The notes: generated by a model not told the origin, from the sequence alone. DNA of 64,000 bases from a bacterium (GCA_021814695.1 JAKAHY010000006.1:49-64048), one strand, 5' to 3'. Positions 29,216-40,028 are shown, counted from the first letter of the stretch. Numbers and translations: made by a program.

Positions 29216-29416
29216 ATGAAACAGTGCTATTTTTGCTCCCAAAACTTAAAAGACGTTGATTATAAAGAGCCTGGACTTTTAAAGCGCTTTGTTTCGGCAC
29301 AGGGTAAGATTATCGACCCTCAGCATACCAGTACCTGCGCCAAACATCAGCGACGTCTGGCCCGCGCCATCAAGAGATCTCGTGCCATGGGACTCATGTC
29401 GGCAGTTAGAAAATAG
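29216..29416 (+). CDS. rpsR: 30S ribosomal protein S18
   Basis: CYFC...DYK...CAKHQRRLARAIKRSR. Confidence 0.95.
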   Translation: MKQCYFCSQNLKDVDYKEPGLLKRFVSAQGKIIDPQHTSTCAKHQRRLARAIKRSRAMGLMSAVRK

Positions 29417-29506
29417 TATCGATACCAATATACAAATTTATACGAATGATGCTAATTTTCTGATATTCGTATAATTGGTACGCATTGGTATATTAGTATC
29501 GCGTAT

Positions 29507-30070
29507 ATGTATTCATTAGATTCAACAATTTTTTATTTTCTGTTTAATATCGGCCACAAGCTTGGCGCTGATTGGCTTTTTGTTTTTTTTGCCAGCTATC
29601 TTCCGTACTTGATAGTGATAGCTTTTTTGTACCTGCTCTATAAAAAAGAGGGTGTTCGTGAAAAGATTTATTTGTCCGGATTTACTCTGATTTCTTTGGT
29701 TTTGAGTAGGGGCATAATTACAGAAACCATAAGATACTTTTTTCCCAGAATCAGGCCTTTTATAGCTCTCGGGTTAACGCCGATGTTGGTGGACAAAGCG
29801 GCCTCATTCCCTTCCGGGCATGCGACGTTTTTTTTCGCGTTGGCTTTTTGTACGTTTCTTATAAATAAAAAATGGGGATGGATTATGACCGGAGCCGCCA
29901 CAATAACAACTGTCGCGCGGGTTGTTGCCGGAGTTCACTGGCCCTCGGATATAGTCGGGGGAGCGATAATTGCCGGATTGGTTTTTGCGGCGATGTATTA
30001 CTGGATTTTGCCTCCCAAAAAAATCCAGCCGCCCCAGGACAAACAGGAAACTTTATTGCCGAATGCATAA
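29507..30070 (+). CDS. PAP2-family phosphatase (undecaprenyl-PP phosphatase-like)
   Basis: RP...SFPSGH...RVVAGVHWPSD. Confidence 0.88.
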   Translation: MYSLDSTIFYFLFNIGHKLGADWLFVFFASYLPYLIVIAFLYLLYKKEGVREKIYLSGFTLISLVLSRGIITETIRYFFPRIRPFIALGLTPMLVDKAASFPSGHATFFFALAFCTFLINKKWGWIMTGAATITTVARVVAGVHWPSDIVGGAIIAGLVFAAMYYWILPPKKIQPPQDKQETLLPNA

Positions 30071-30100
30071 AACACCCGAAAGGGTGTTTTTGATGATAAA

Positions 30101-31429
30101 TTATTTCAGTTTTGAAACGATTCTGTTGAATATCTCTCCCCGATGATATTCGTTTTTAAACATCCCAAACGAAGCGAATCCCGGGCTAAAAAGGATAACG
30201 TCTCCTTGCTCGGCTGTTTTGCGCGCAAAATTCACCGCATCTTTTAGATTTCCGAATTCGTCGGATATTTTTTTTAGTTGCGGGTTTTCCGAGATTAATT
30301 TATCTGTTCCCGTTCCGGACAAAAGAATAATTTTTTTTGCGTATTTTTTGATAACTCGGACGAGGTCTTTTGTTGAAAGGTTCTTATCGGCTCCACCGGC
30401 AATTAAAATGATGTTTTTTCCGATTCCCACAGCCTTGAGCGCCGCTATTGTCGCATCGGGCGTTGTTGAGTTGGTGTCGTTGTATATTTTTATTCCTTTT
30501 ATCATTTTTATTAATTCCAGGCGCCCCTCAATAGGTTTGAAAGTTGAAAGGGATTTTTTTATCACATTGTCCGGCATCCCCAGAGTACGGGCGGTTTCGA
30601 TTGCGATTGAGGCGTTATATTGGTTGTGTTTTCCCTCCAGATTCATCTTCCAATCGTGGGGCAGATTGCCGCTTGAAACAATCATCCGGCCGTTAATTTT
30701 TCCTCCCCATTTTTTTATGAACGGGAGCGCCTGCTTGCCCGTTATTAATGTATCGTTCTTTTTCTGATATTTGAAAATATTAGCTTTGTCCGAAAAATAT
30801 TTTTTCATATCATTGCCGTAGTAGTTCATATGGTCCGGTAAAAATGTCGTAAAAACAGCCAGTTGTGGGGAAATCTTATCTTCTCCAAATCCCTGCAGTT
30901 GCCAGGAGTCCAGTTCAAGAACGGCAAAATCGTATTTATCGGCTTTGGGCAGAAACGATAAAGTTGAAACGCCTTTTATGTTTCCTCCCATAAGAACTTT
31001 TTTACCGGCTGCTTTTAGTATGTGGGCAATCAAGTGTGTTGCGGTAGATTTGCCGCGGGTTCCGGTAATCCCAATAATCGGCAGTCCGGAAAAACGCGCG
31101 AAAAGAGCCGAGCTCATTTCAACCGGTATCTTATGTTTTTTAGCTTCTTTTATGAAAGGGGAATTTAAGGGAACTCCGGCGGCTTTTAAAATCATGTCCC
31201 GATTTCTGAAATCTTCGGATCGGTGCTTGCCGAGAACAAATCTTACGTTTTTATATTTGGAAAGTTTTTTTAAAGAAGAAGACAGCTGTTTTTTTGTTTT
31301 CAAATCCGTGACTATTAACCTGGCTCCAAGAGATGCTAAAAACGCGGCATCGCCGATGCCGCGCCCAAGCAATCCAAGCCCCATTAAGGTGATTTTTTTA
31401 TTTTTAAAAAATGACTTGTAGGAAACCAT
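30101..31429 (-). CDS. murD: UDP-MurNAc-L-Ala:D-Glu ligase
   Basis: GLGLLGRG, GITGTRGKST, ELDSWQL, DHMNYY, ILFSPGFASF. ATG 31429 lies just after tRNA-Leu. Confidence 0.93.
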   Translation of the reverse strand: MVSYKSFFKNKKITLMGLGLLGRGIGDAAFLASLGARLIVTDLKTKKQLSSSLKKLSKYKNVRFVLGKHRSEDFRNRDMILKAAGVPLNSPFIKEAKKHKIPVEMSSALFARFSGLPIIGITGTRGKSTATHLIAHILKAAGKKVLMGGNIKGVSTLSFLPKADKYDFAVLELDSWQLQGFGEDKISPQLAVFTTFLPDHMNYYGNDMKKYFSDKANIFKYQKKNDTLITGKQALPFIKKWGGKINGRMIVSSGNLPHDWKMNLEGKHNQYNASIAIETARTLGMPDNVIKKSLSTFKPIEGRLELIKMIKGIKIYNDTNSTTPDATIAALKAVGIGKNIILIAGGADKNLSTKDLVRVIKKYAKKIILLSGTGTDKLISENPQLKKISDEFGNLKDAVNFARKTAEQGDVILFSPGFASFGMFKNEYHRGEIFNRIVSKLK

Positions 31430-31431
31430 TG

Positions 31432-31515
31432 TGCCGAGGGCGGGGGTCGAACCCGCATGACCTTGCGGCCACAGGATTTTGAGTCCTGCGCGTCTGCCAG
31501 TTCCGCCACCTCGGC
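31432..31515 (-). tRNA. tRNA-Leu(CAA)
   Basis: Minus strand GCCGAGG...CAGGA-CTCAAAA-TCCTG...CCTCGGCA. Confidence 0.95.
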
Positions 31516-31678
31516 AAATATAATCTCGTCGGACCTCGATCAAAAAAGAGTTTGAGGTGTCGGTCCGGGGAGCTTTTGCTCCCGTTGAAAAGCTCGTCCG
31601 CTTTCCAACCCACCTCGGCAATTCCTGTATCGGAATAAAATTGATAATATCAGCATTTTCCGCTAAAATCAATTTCAA

Positions 31679-32488
31679 ATGGCTCGTGTTATCGCAATTT
31701 GCAATCAAAAAGGCGGAGTCGGAAAAACGACGACCGCAATCAATCTTGGTGCTTACTTGGCCGCGCTTGGAAAAAAAGTTCTTGTTGTGGATTTTGATCC
31801 TCAAGGAAATGCATCATCGGGTTTGGGATTTTCTCCAAGATTTTTAAAGGAAAGCGTGTATCACGCTCTTTTCGGATATTTGCAGCACGATGCCGTTATA
31901 AAACAGGCTCCGCTCATGAATCTTCATGTAATGCCGGCCAGCCCTGATCTTGCCGGAGCATTAATTGAATTAATGGAAGTTCCCGATAGGGAATTTGTTT
32001 TAAGGCGTCTTTTGAATAAATTACGCCATCAATACCATTACATATTAATTGACCTTCCTCCGAGCTTGAGCCTGCTTACGGTCAACGGCCTTGTGGCAGC
32101 CGACGAAGTTTTGATTCCTATACAGGCCGAGTATTACAGTTTAGAGGGATTAGGCCAGCTTCTCGAGACGGTTGAGCTGATAAATAAGAATCTTTTGACC
32201 AATATAAAAATAACCGGAGCGGTTATCACGATGTATAACAAGCACGAGACATTAAGCCGTGACGTTGCCAGGGAAGTCAGGCGGCACTTCCCACATTACG
32301 TCTTTGAAATAGAAATTCCACGTTCCATTTCTCTTGCCGAAAGCCCAAGTTTTTCAAAGCCTGTAATTTTATACGACCCGGGATCTTCGGGTGCTAAGGC
32401 CTACGAACTGCTTGCCCGCGAATTAATCAGGCAAGAACAGGAAGCTTCGGGCGTATTGAACCAAGGCTTTGGAAGCGTTACACTTTAG
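31679..32488 (+). CDS. parA: ParA/Soj ATPase
   Basis: NQKGGVGKTTT, DFDPQGNA. Confidence 0.96.
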   Translation: MARVIAICNQKGGVGKTTTAINLGAYLAALGKKVLVVDFDPQGNASSGLGFSPRFLKESVYHALFGYLQHDAVIKQAPLMNLHVMPASPDLAGALIELMEVPDREFVLRRLLNKLRHQYHYILIDLPPSLSLLTVNGLVAADEVLIPIQAEYYSLEGLGQLLETVELINKNLLTNIKITGAVITMYNKHETLSRDVAREVRRHFPHYVFEIEIPRSISLAESPSFSKPVILYDPGSSGAKAYELLARELIRQEQEASGVLNQGFGSVTL

Positions 32489-32498
32489 CCATATTTAT

Positions 32499-33473
32499 AT
32501 GTTAGGAAAAGGTTTAGAATCATTGATTCCAAAAAAACAGCCCCCTAAAGACGACACAAATTCGCCTGTTTCTGATTTTTCCGGAAGCCAAAATAATAAC
32601 CGGCCCGCCGACGGTTTTGAGTCGGGCGTAAATGCCGGCGATCCGCCGAAAATATCGGGTCCGATTTTCCATATTGAGGCCGAAAAAATAATTCTCAATC
32701 CTTACCAGCCCAGAAAGGAATTTGACCAGGAAGCGCTAAAAGAATTAGCCATATCGATAAGGGAATTCGGAATATTACAGCCTCTGGTTGTATCCAAAAT
32801 AGAAGAAGTGACGGAAAACGGAACCAGAGTTACCTATCAGCTTATTGCCGGGCAACGCCGCTTAATGGCTTCAAAAATTGCCGGGCTTAAAACTGTTCCG
32901 GTAATAATCCGCAATGCTCTCAAAAAAACCGAAGCGCTTGAGATGGCTATAGTGGAAAATATCCAGCGCGCGGATCTTAATACTTTAGAAACGGCACGGG
33001 CCTACTCGCGTCTTTCGGATGAATTCGGACTGACCCAAAGAGAAATCGCCGCCCGTCTTGGAAAAAGCAGAGAGGTGATTGCCAATGCTTTGCGGCTTTT
33101 ATCGCTTCCGACAGAAATTCAAGAGGCTATCTCCAAAGGAAAAATAAACGAAAGCCATGCGCGCCTCCTTCTGCAGATTGAGGAGCCGGATAAGCAAATG
33201 GAAATTTTTAACCGTATCATAAACGAAAATTTAAGTGTCCGCGATATCAGGCACCAGGTAAAACAACGGACTCCGGATACTACCCTCGAGTCAAAACCGC
33301 TTACTGCCGATGATTTGGAACTCAAACAAGTTGAGCGCGACCTGTCAGAATTTTTGGGCGCTCCGGTTAATGTTGAATTTTCCCGCTCCGGAGGGAAAAT
33401 TGTGATTCATTTCTACTCACCCGAAGAAGCCAAAGGCATCGCTCATCGCATAAAACCCGAAGATTTGATGTAA
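32499..33473 (+). CDS. parB: ParB/Spo0J
   Basis: LGKGLESLI, NPYQPRK, IAGQRR, ENIQRADL. Confidence 0.96.
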   Translation: MLGKGLESLIPKKQPPKDDTNSPVSDFSGSQNNNRPADGFESGVNAGDPPKISGPIFHIEAEKIILNPYQPRKEFDQEALKELAISIREFGILQPLVVSKIEEVTENGTRVTYQLIAGQRRLMASKIAGLKTVPVIIRNALKKTEALEMAIVENIQRADLNTLETARAYSRLSDEFGLTQREIAARLGKSREVIANALRLLSLPTEIQEAISKGKINESHARLLLQIEEPDKQMEIFNRIINENLSVRDIRHQVKQRTPDTTLESKPLTADDLELKQVERDLSEFLGAPVNVEFSRSGGKIVIHFYSPEEAKGIAHRIKPEDLM

Positions 33474-33501
33474 AAAACCGCCCTAATTTCGGGCGGTTTT
33501 T
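33473..33501. terminator. Bidirectional intrinsic terminator
   Basis: AAAAAACCGCCC-loop-GGGCGGTTTTT between convergent parB and rel. Confidence 0.8.
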
Positions 33502-35203
33502 ACTCGACTATTTTGTATCCTATCTCTTTAACCCCATTGATTTTTTTCATCTTAAGCATGAGCATTTCGGCTTTTTCTTTGTTTTCAGTGTCGATTACGA
33601 TTTTGATAAACGGATATTTTTCGTTCAAGAAGGTTTCCAATTTTATTACAGGAATGTGATTTCTGGAAATTATGGCGCTCAAATCTTTGATCAGGCCGAT
33701 GCGGGCCTCACATGTAATTTTGTATTCGGTCTTTTTGGGAATTGGGCTGGCTTTTTTTAAGGAGGCTTTGATTTTCTTTTTTGCGTAATGCGTTTTTACC
33801 AAAGCCAGCCATCCCTCGGAAGGCTTTTTATTTTTTTGGGTTAAAACTTCAACGATATCTCCTGACTGCAAGGGGGCGTCGAGTGATACGATTTTATTGT
33901 TAACTTTGGCGCCGACGCACGAATCTCCCACAGAACTGTGAATGTGGTAGGCAAAATCAATCGGAGTTGCTCCAACGGGCATGTCTATAACCCTGCCCTT
34001 GGGAGTCAGCACAAATATCCTGTCGGAAAAGAAATCCACTTTTAAGGCTTCAATAAATTCCTTTGAGCCCGGAAATTGGCTTTGCCAGTTTTTAAGTTGG
34101 CGAATCCAAATCGATTCTTTGGAATCAAGCGCTGCTATTTTTCCCTCGTTATATTCACTAGTGCCTTTTTTGGACTCGTAAAACCAGTGAGCCGCGGCTC
34201 CGTGTTCGGCCTGTTCGTGCATGTCTACTGTTCTTATCTGAAATTCGGTTGGCCTGTCGTCTACACAAAAAACGGTCGTATGCAAACTTTGATAGCCATT
34301 GGGTTTGGGAAGGGCGATATAATCCTTGATTCTTCCGGGAAGCGGGGGCCAAAGCTGATGGATGACTCCAAGCGTTAGATAGCATTCCTCAACCGTATTG
34401 ACTATCAGCCTTAGGGCGACCAAGTCGTAAATATTTTCCAGATTCATATCATAGCGCAGCAATTTTTTGTAAAGGCTGTAAAATCTTTTTGCTCTGTAGT
34501 CCAAAGAGAGAGGTTTTATTCCGGATTTTTCAAGCTGATTTTTTACTACCGGCTCTACATTTTTTAAGTAGCGCATTCTTTCTTCAAAGGTTTCTTTAAC
34601 GTTTTCGGTGACCCATTTGTGCTTATCCGGATATATGTAGGGGAATGCCAGGTCTTCAAGTTCTCCGGCGACGTTCTGCATTCCCAGCCTGTAGGCCAAA
34701 GGGGCATAAATTTCGGCTGTTTCAACGGCTATTCTTTTTTGTTTTTGCTGAGGAACATACCGTAGGGTTTTCATATTGTGCAATCTGTCGGCGAGCTTTA
34801 TAAAAACAACCCGCAAGTCTTTGCTTATCGCAAGTATCATTTTTCTCAACGACTCCAACCCCTGGTCGTCTTCATGGTATTTAAGCGCGCCTAGTTTTGT
34901 AACTCCTTCAACAAGAAATGTTATTTCCTCCCCAAACTCTTTTTTGAGGGATTCGGCCGATATTTTACAGTCTTCAATTGTGTCGTGCAAAAGGCCGGCC
35001 GCTATGGATTGGTAGTCCAGGCGCCACATAGCCAGTTTATAAGCCGTCTCGAAAATATGAGAAAAGTAATTTTCTCCACTGGCCCGCTTCTGATTTTTGT
35101 GGGCGTTTTTAGCGAAAGCAAAAGCCCGGGCGATGACCTGCGCGCCGTTTTCGTCGCTTGGAAAATGTTTTTTGAATTCTTTGATAAGCTTATCCAGCGT
35201 CAT
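33500..35203 (-). CDS. rel: RelA/SpoT (p)ppGpp synthetase/hydrolase
   Basis: LLHDTIED, KLADRLHN, KPNGYQSLHT, TGS and ACT-like domains. Confidence 0.93.
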   Translation of the reverse strand: MTLDKLIKEFKKHFPSDENGAQVIARAFAFAKNAHKNQKRASGENYFSHIFETAYKLAMWRLDYQSIAAGLLHDTIEDCKISAESLKKEFGEEITFLVEGVTKLGALKYHEDDQGLESLRKMILAISKDLRVVFIKLADRLHNMKTLRYVPQQKQKRIAVETAEIYAPLAYRLGMQNVAGELEDLAFPYIYPDKHKWVTENVKETFEERMRYLKNVEPVVKNQLEKSGIKPLSLDYRAKRFYSLYKKLLRYDMNLENIYDLVALRLIVNTVEECYLTLGVIHQLWPPLPGRIKDYIALPKPNGYQSLHTTVFCVDDRPTEFQIRTVDMHEQAEHGAAAHWFYESKKGTSEYNEGKIAALDSKESIWIRQLKNWQSQFPGSKEFIEALKVDFFSDRIFVLTPKGRVIDMPVGATPIDFAYHIHSSVGDSCVGAKVNNKIVSLDAPLQSGDIVEVLTQKNKKPSEGWLALVKTHYAKKKIKASLKKASPIPKKTEYKITCEARIGLIKDLSAIISRNHIPVIKLETFLNEKYPFIKIVIDTENKEKAEMLMLKMKKINGVKEIGYKIVE

Positions 35204-35269
35204 ATTTGATATAATGCTAACAATATGATAGAAATTAGTCAGTTCGTCAACAATTGAAGGGGGTGGAAG

Positions 35270-35905
35270 GTGGGAGAGTTTCTGCCGGTGGAAACCGAAG
35301 GAGAAAACAAAATAGGATCCAGGTATCCCGGATACAGATGGATTCATTCCAGTTTCGATGATATTGGTTTTGAAAAGGAAGACGGATCGGGGTTTGAGAT
35401 TATTGAGGTTTTAGGAAAGCCGAAACCGGAAGTAAAAGATGGCCAAAGGATTCTAAAGCAGCGGATCATCTGTGTTCTTAAAGACGAAGAGGCGTCTTTG
35501 TATGAAATGCTTCAGTGGGATGATCCCTGGCGACATCATCTTGCCGTGGGAATGGCCTATTTGTTCAGATCGGCAATAGCGTTTTTTATTCTGATTGCGC
35601 TGCAATTTGTGGCCATGAGCTTTATGGTATCGGCAGCCGGAAATTCTTTGTTTTCCGGATTTATAGCAGTGGTCTCGGCTTTGATTGTGTGTGCGGTATT
35701 ATCCGCGCTCGAAATTGCTTTGTTTTGGATAACAAAACCATGGCATTTTCCCAAGATAATCAAAACCATTTTATTTATCCGCTCCCTATCCAGACGCTCC
35801 GGGCGCAATATCGGCTATTACGCGGATATGTTGAAAGTCATCTCGCGTGAAGCGAATTGTTCCGACCGGGCTTCTGCCGCCGGAAAATTGCTTAAATTTT
35901 TTTAA
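35270..35905 (+). CDS. Hypothetical membrane protein
   Basis: GTG start with a G-rich SD; two TM segments. Confidence 0.55.
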   Translation: MGEFLPVETEGENKIGSRYPGYRWIHSSFDDIGFEKEDGSGFEIIEVLGKPKPEVKDGQRILKQRIICVLKDEEASLYEMLQWDDPWRHHLAVGMAYLFRSAIAFFILIALQFVAMSFMVSAAGNSLFSGFIAVVSALIVCAVLSALEIALFWITKPWHFPKIIKTILFIRSLSRRSGRNIGYYADMLKVISREANCSDRASAAGKLLKFF

Positions 35906-35946
35906 AAAAAGGACCGCATCACGGCCCTATTTTTATGATTTTGAGA

Positions 35947-38196
35947 TTATTTTCTTTTAGCCGGACGTTTTTTCCCGTCCGGTTTTTCTTTCGGTTTGTT
36001 TTTCCATTGGATATAAAGTTCTCCCAGTTCTTTTTCCGTTTCCGGTTTTTTGTTGATTATAAAATTACAATCCGGCCAGCGGGTGCAGGCATAAAACGGT
36101 TTGCCCCTGCCACGGCCTCTTTTTTCCACTATATCTCCGGGATTGTCCTTCCGTTCGGGAGTATCCAGACACAAGGGGCAAACAAATCCCGTTTTATTCC
36201 ATATTTTTTTAATTCCTTTGCAGGTCGGGTAATCAACGCATCCCAAAAAGTATCCGAATCGGCCTCTTCTGACTTTCATCAATTTTCCGCATAGAGGGCA
36301 CTTTTCCCCCTTGGTTTTTTCCTCGAGTTCTTTGATTTTTGCCGCTTCCTCCGGCATAGGAAGAGTAACTTTGGCGCCTTCGGGACAGGCTAGGAATTTA
36401 CCCATACGGCCGAATTTTATCAGCATCGGTTTGCCGCAATGGGGGCAGGGGGTTTCTGAAATTTGGATATTTTTTTCAACCTCAGCCTCTTTTTCGGTTA
36501 AGTGTTTCTTGAATGGACCATAAAATTCGGCGCAGACATTTGTCCATGGGATTTTGCCTTGGGCGATTTCGTCCAATTCCTCTTCTATATGAGAGGTAAA
36601 GTTGATATCTACAATTTCGGGAAAATGTTCAACCAACATATCGTTGACCATAAAACCGATTTCTGTCGGATGATATTTTTTTTCTATTTTTTCGACATAA
36701 CCGCGCTCCTGAATTGTGGATAGGGTGGGAGCATAAGTTGACGGTCGGCCGACACCGTAAGATTCCAGAGCTTTCACCAGGGTGGCATCGGTATAGCGAG
36801 CGGGCGGTTCGGTAAAGTGTTGCAGGGGATTTATCTCTTTAGCTATTATCTTCTCGTTTTTTGTAAGAGCCGGCAGGACGCCCTCCATCTCTTGGGCGGG
36901 TTCGTCTTGGCCTTCGGTATAAACCCGGATAAATCCATCAAATAATACTACCTGTCCGGTGGCCCTGAAGGTAAATTTGTCATCGCCGGTATTTATATCG
37001 GCCGAAGTCTGTTCCATTTTTGCCGATTGCATTTGAGAAGCGATGGTTCTTTTCCAAATCAAAGAGTACAGTCTCAACTGACTCCTTTCTTTTAATCCTA
37101 TTGAATCCGGCGTTTTTGAAAGATCGGTCGGGCGGATAGCTTCGTGAGCCTCTTGGGCGCCTTTGCTTTTATTAGCAAAATATCTGGGAGAAGAAATCTG
37201 GTATTTACTTCCGAATTGAGAGCCGATTACGTTCTGCGCCTGCGCCAGCGCCGATTGAGCCAAATTGAGGCTGTCGGTGCGCATATAGGTAATAAAACCC
37301 TTTTCATAAAGCTGTTGAGCCACAACCATTGTTTGTTTTGCCGAAAAACCCAACTTTCTGGCGGATTCCTGTTGAAGAGTAGAGGTTGTAAATGGAGGAG
37401 ACGGATTTCTCTGGACTTCTTTTTTTGAAATGTCGGCTATGTGGAATTTAGAACCCTTAAGTTTGCCCATTATCTCTTCGGCCCGTTCACGACCGGAGAT
37501 TGCCATTTTTGAAATTGATTTTCCGTCTATAGCCTGAAGGTATGCATGAAACGTATTGACGCTTTTATCTTTAGAAAATTCTCCCTCAATTGACCAGTAT
37601 TCTTCCTTATTGAAATTTTGAATTTCTCTTTCTTTTTCGACAACCAATCTCAAAGCGACGCTTTGGACTCTTCCGGCCGAAAGTCCGTAACGGATTTTGT
37701 GCCATAAAAAAGGAGAAAGCTCGTATCCAACGAGCCTATCCAGCACTCTGCGGGCCTGCTGGGCGTCTACAAGATTCATATCTATGTCCCGCGGATTTTT
37801 GAGCGCTTCTTGAATGGCATTTTTTGTAATTTCATGGAAAACGATGCGCTTGGTTGGAGGGAGTTTTTTGGTTTCTGATTTTTTACTCCGTTTCTTTTCA
37901 TCGGGTGCCAATGCCTTGGTAAGGTGCCAGGCGATAGCCTCTCCTTCGCGGTCTTCATCGCTTGCCAGAATTATTTCGCTGGCCTTCTGGGCCGCTTCCT
38001 TTAATTCGGCAACGTGTTCCTTGGCTTTAATAGGTATTACATAAGTAGGAGCGAAATCGTTATCTATATCTATTCCTGTTTTGCTTTTGGGTAAATCTCG
38101 CACATGTCCATAAGAAGAAAGCACTTTAAATCCGCTTCCTAGGAATCCGGAAATAGTTTTTGCTTTTGTTGGTGATTCTACAATAATAAGTTTCAT
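35947..38196 (-). CDS. topA: DNA topoisomerase I
   Basis: IVESPTKAKTI, DEDREGE, SAGRVQS, ITYMRTD, Zn ribbons. Confidence 0.98.
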   Translation of the reverse strand: MKLIIVESPTKAKTISGFLGSGFKVLSSYGHVRDLPKSKTGIDIDNDFAPTYVIPIKAKEHVAELKEAAQKASEIILASDEDREGEAIAWHLTKALAPDEKKRSKKSETKKLPPTKRIVFHEITKNAIQEALKNPRDIDMNLVDAQQARRVLDRLVGYELSPFLWHKIRYGLSAGRVQSVALRLVVEKEREIQNFNKEEYWSIEGEFSKDKSVNTFHAYLQAIDGKSISKMAISGRERAEEIMGKLKGSKFHIADISKKEVQRNPSPPFTTSTLQQESARKLGFSAKQTMVVAQQLYEKGFITYMRTDSLNLAQSALAQAQNVIGSQFGSKYQISSPRYFANKSKGAQEAHEAIRPTDLSKTPDSIGLKERSQLRLYSLIWKRTIASQMQSAKMEQTSADINTGDDKFTFRATGQVVLFDGFIRVYTEGQDEPAQEMEGVLPALTKNEKIIAKEINPLQHFTEPPARYTDATLVKALESYGVGRPSTYAPTLSTIQERGYVEKIEKKYHPTEIGFMVNDMLVEHFPEIVDINFTSHIEEELDEIAQGKIPWTNVCAEFYGPFKKHLTEKEAEVEKNIQISETPCPHCGKPMLIKFGRMGKFLACPEGAKVTLPMPEEAAKIKELEEKTKGEKCPLCGKLMKVRRGRFGYFLGCVDYPTCKGIKKIWNKTGFVCPLCLDTPERKDNPGDIVEKRGRGRGKPFYACTRWPDCNFIINKKPETEKELGELYIQWKNKPKEKPDGKKRPAKRK

Positions 38197-39077
38197 AAAA
38201 TTTTCGAGCTTTTATATTTTCCTCCTTCATCAATTATTATTCCATTAAACATCATCTGCATCAGGGAGGAGGTGATGTCTCGGGGGTTCAGTTTAGTTAT
38301 TTCGCAAATCTTGTCAACCGAAACGGGGTCGCCACTGGATTGTATGATATCAAATATGCGCTTCTGAGTCTCGTTTTCAAAACGGAAGGCGTCGGAAGTT
38401 TTTTCGCCGAGCTCACTACTCCATTTTAAATCATCCAAAACTTCAGATGGCTTTGTCACCAGTCTGGCCCCATTTCGTATGAGTTGGTGGGATCCGGAAT
38501 AAAGACTTGAGGATATATTACCCGGAACCACAAAGACTGGTTTGTTTTGTTTTATGGCAAATTGAGCGGTAGCCAATGCTCCCGATTCCTTGGGGGCCTC
38601 CACTATAATTATCGCCTCCGAAAGGCCGCTTATAATTCTGTTACGCACTATAAATTGGCTGGCATAAGGAGGGGTCAGAGCGGGATATTCCGAAACCAGA
38701 CAACCTCCGGTGTCGATAATTTTTCTGGCAATGCCGGAGTTTGATGATGGGTATATGGAATCCAGGCCATGGGCAAGGACCGCCCAGCTTATTCCATTTT
38801 CATCCAACGCGCCCTGGTGAGCTGCCGCATCTATCCCAAGAGCAAGACCGCTGACGATAGCACATCCATTTCTGGATAGATAACGGGAAAATTCATAAGC
38901 GATTGACTTGCCCGATTCGGATGCTTTTCTGGTTCCGACAATGGCAACCGCTTTTGAATGATTTGGTGCCGTCCCTCTTAAAAATATAGCCTTGGGAGGG
39001 GATGGAATTTTGGACAGTAATTGCGGATAGCCGGCTTCGTTGATGTTTATTTTTATTATGCTCAAATTGTCTTTCAC
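38193..39077 (-). CDS. dprA: DNA-processing protein DprA
   Basis: AIVGTR, VSGLALGID, RNRIISG. Confidence 0.96.
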   Translation of the reverse strand: MKDNLSIIKININEAGYPQLLSKIPSPPKAIFLRGTAPNHSKAVAIVGTRKASESGKSIAYEFSRYLSRNGCAIVSGLALGIDAAAHQGALDENGISWAVLAHGLDSIYPSSNSGIARKIIDTGGCLVSEYPALTPPYASQFIVRNRIISGLSEAIIIVEAPKESGALATAQFAIKQNKPVFVVPGNISSSLYSGSHQLIRNGARLVTKPSEVLDDLKWSSELGEKTSDAFRFENETQKRIFDIIQSSGDPVSVDKICEITKLNPRDITSSLMQMMFNGIIIDEGGKYKSSKIL

Positions 39078-39128
39078 TGTGAATCATTATACAATAATGA
39101 TTAATAAGGGTGTGAGTAATTATTTTTT

Positions 39129-39671
39129 ATGCTTGGAGACGTTTCGGATTATAAGAAGAGTCTTTTTATCAACATAGGCGTTACAATAGGCGCGTTTGCC
39201 GTTTTTGTGGCCTTTTTTGTCCTGCTTCGCATGAATATTTCCCATCAAGTTGATGTTGTAACCGATATCAGGTCTAAACGGGCATATGTTGCCCAATCGG
39301 CTGACGACCTGGCGTCTTTGGTGAAGGATGCGCCTATTGCCAGAAACTACACGAGCGAGTTAACGTCTCTGGTTCCCACTCATGACTATCTGATATCTTC
39401 TTTTTCTAAAGACATAAAAGCAATTGCCCAAAAAGACAACGCATCTCTTGCGTTCACGTTCGGGAACGAGAGCCCGGCAAGTGCCGGGAAGCTTGGCTCA
39501 ATTGCGTTCTCCGCTACAATATCCGGGCCCATGAATTCAATTTTGGGATTTATCGGAGAAATAGAAAGCCGTTACTACGCCATCAAAATCACAACAATGG
39601 ACATTAATAGCGCTTCAAGTAATTCGTCCAATATGAGCGCTAACGGGCAAATATTTTTTGAATCGAATTAA
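39129..39671 (+). CDS. PilO-like type IV pilus assembly protein
   Basis: N-terminal TM, coil, and a ferredoxin-like tail (G...ILGFIGEIE...I). Confidence 0.55.
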   Translation: MLGDVSDYKKSLFINIGVTIGAFAVFVAFFVLLRMNISHQVDVVTDIRSKRAYVAQSADDLASLVKDAPIARNYTSELTSLVPTHDYLISSFSKDIKAIAQKDNASLAFTFGNESPASAGKLGSIAFSATISGPMNSILGFIGEIESRYYAIKITTMDINSASSNSSNMSANGQIFFESN

Positions 39672-39674
39672 TCC

Positions 39675-40028
39675 ATGGCAACCAAAATTTCTTTTGATTT
39701 TATAAAAAAGAACAAGCGGGACATATCCTTCTTTGTTGTGGGTATTATTTTATCGGTATGTTTGATCTATCTTTTCATCGACGGAACCTCTTTTTTGGTT
39801 TCTAATGTCGAAACGTCCCTTAATGTCGGAACATCTCCCTATTCTCCGATGAAATTTAATATCAACGGATTAAAATCTCTGGGTATTTATCAGGGACAGC
39901 CGACGAACTCAGAAGTTCCGGCAAACACTTCTACGCCTTTAGAGCCAAGCGGAAGCTCTTCGGGTATAACATCATCGCCGGTTGACTCGGGCGTCATAAC
40001 TCCCGTCATTCCGCCCGTCACCCCATAA
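39675..40028 (+). CDS. Hypothetical membrane-anchored protein
   Basis: One TM segment; S/T/P-rich tail. Confidence 0.6.
   Translation: MATKISFDFIKKNKRDISFFVVGIILSVCLIYLFIDGTSFLVSNVETSLNVGTSPYSPMKFNINGLKSLGIYQGQPTNSEVPANTSTPLEPSGSSSGITSSPVDSGVITPVIPPVTP

Noticed and set aside
31430-31804. N-terminal extension of murD in the ORF track
   Set aside because: It runs through tRNA-Leu(CAA) and antisense to parA; the real start is ATG 31429.
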